Assembly (NCBI GenBank): GCA_016927855.1
Contig: JAFGLV010000163.1
Span: forward strand, 1-56,901
Length of the DNA: 56,901 nucleotides
Origin: Sedimentisphaerales bacterium
GTDB taxonomy: Bacteria; Planctomycetota; Phycisphaerae; Sedimentisphaerales; Anaerobacaceae
Direction of reading: 5' to 3'
Program-made: the position numbers and the translations under genes
The notes under the pieces: model-generated
The model's database searches: none
The model's input: the letters and a program-made list of their open reading frames with translations, nothing else
What the model was told of the DNA's origin: nothing
Shown: positions 56,746-56,901 of the stretch, piece after piece
Layout of the letters: every line of letters starts with the position of its first letter
How positions within the stretch are numbered: position 1 is the stretch's first letter

Positions 56746-56901
56746 CACACGCAGACGAAGGCCGCACATTCTCTGGGGTGCGCTGCGAGCAGGATTTTTA
56801 GCTTGCCCTATATATGTGAACTTTCGCAGTTTTTGAAGGGGTAATGTGGATGTGGTATCAAGAGAAGCATACCAACCTTCCGATGGGTGTTTTGGCAGAC
56901 A

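Noticed and set aside
1-56901. CRISPR arrays, rRNA genes, prophage or integrase modules
   Set aside because: No regularly spaced direct repeats, no rRNA-like conserved blocks, and no integrase, terminase or capsid-like ORFs. The only mobile-element signal is the IS21 remnant at the left end.

Overview
56.9-kb high-GC (~62%) bacterial chromosomal segment, probably from an anaerobe, with dense coding on both strands. Left to right it contains: (1) scrambled IS21-family remnants (istA' fragment, istB' fragment, terminal repeats) that appear to have cut off the 5' end of a GspD/PilQ-type secretin gene. (2) A tRNA-Asp(GTC) with terminator, an orphan NodT/OprM-type outer-membrane efflux lipoprotein, pgl, and a LysM protein. 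(3) The conserved tgt-yajC-secDF block, a SpoIID/LytB homolog, a TPR protein carrying two C-terminal RNA-polymerase alpha-CTD-like domains, and a large LamG/FN3/discoidin secreted protein. (4) A Lia-like two-component system (HisKA_3 kinase plus NarL-type regulator) directly upstream of an envelope-stress / membrane-remodelling cluster: three PspA/IM30 paralogs, an NfeD/YqiJ-like membrane protein, a flotillin, and a 1778-aa protein with a C-terminal AAA+ ATPase domain. (5) A selenium island: selA-selB, followed on the same strand by a small membrane-protein gene and five paralogous secreted-protein genes, with a sixth paralog on the opposite strand. Each of these seven genes has an in-frame TGA followed 12-17 nt later by a conserved hairpin (bacterial SECIS-like) and then a conserved in-frame peptide, so they are candidate members of an undescribed selenoprotein family. 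(6) An outer-membrane barrel, an SsuABC-like ABC transporter, a PNPOx-like protein, a methyltransferase, and a tightly overlapping operon of three 2-hydroxyacyl-CoA-dehydratase/benzoyl-CoA-reductase-family subunits plus their ATPase activase, ending in an unusual three-domain SelD (Cys-rich N-extension + selenophosphate synthetase + AhpD-like CxxC domain). A family of GC-rich palindromic repeat elements is scattered through the window, including in-frame copies inside coding genes. No CRISPR array or rRNA was seen, and no tRNA-Sec could be identified.
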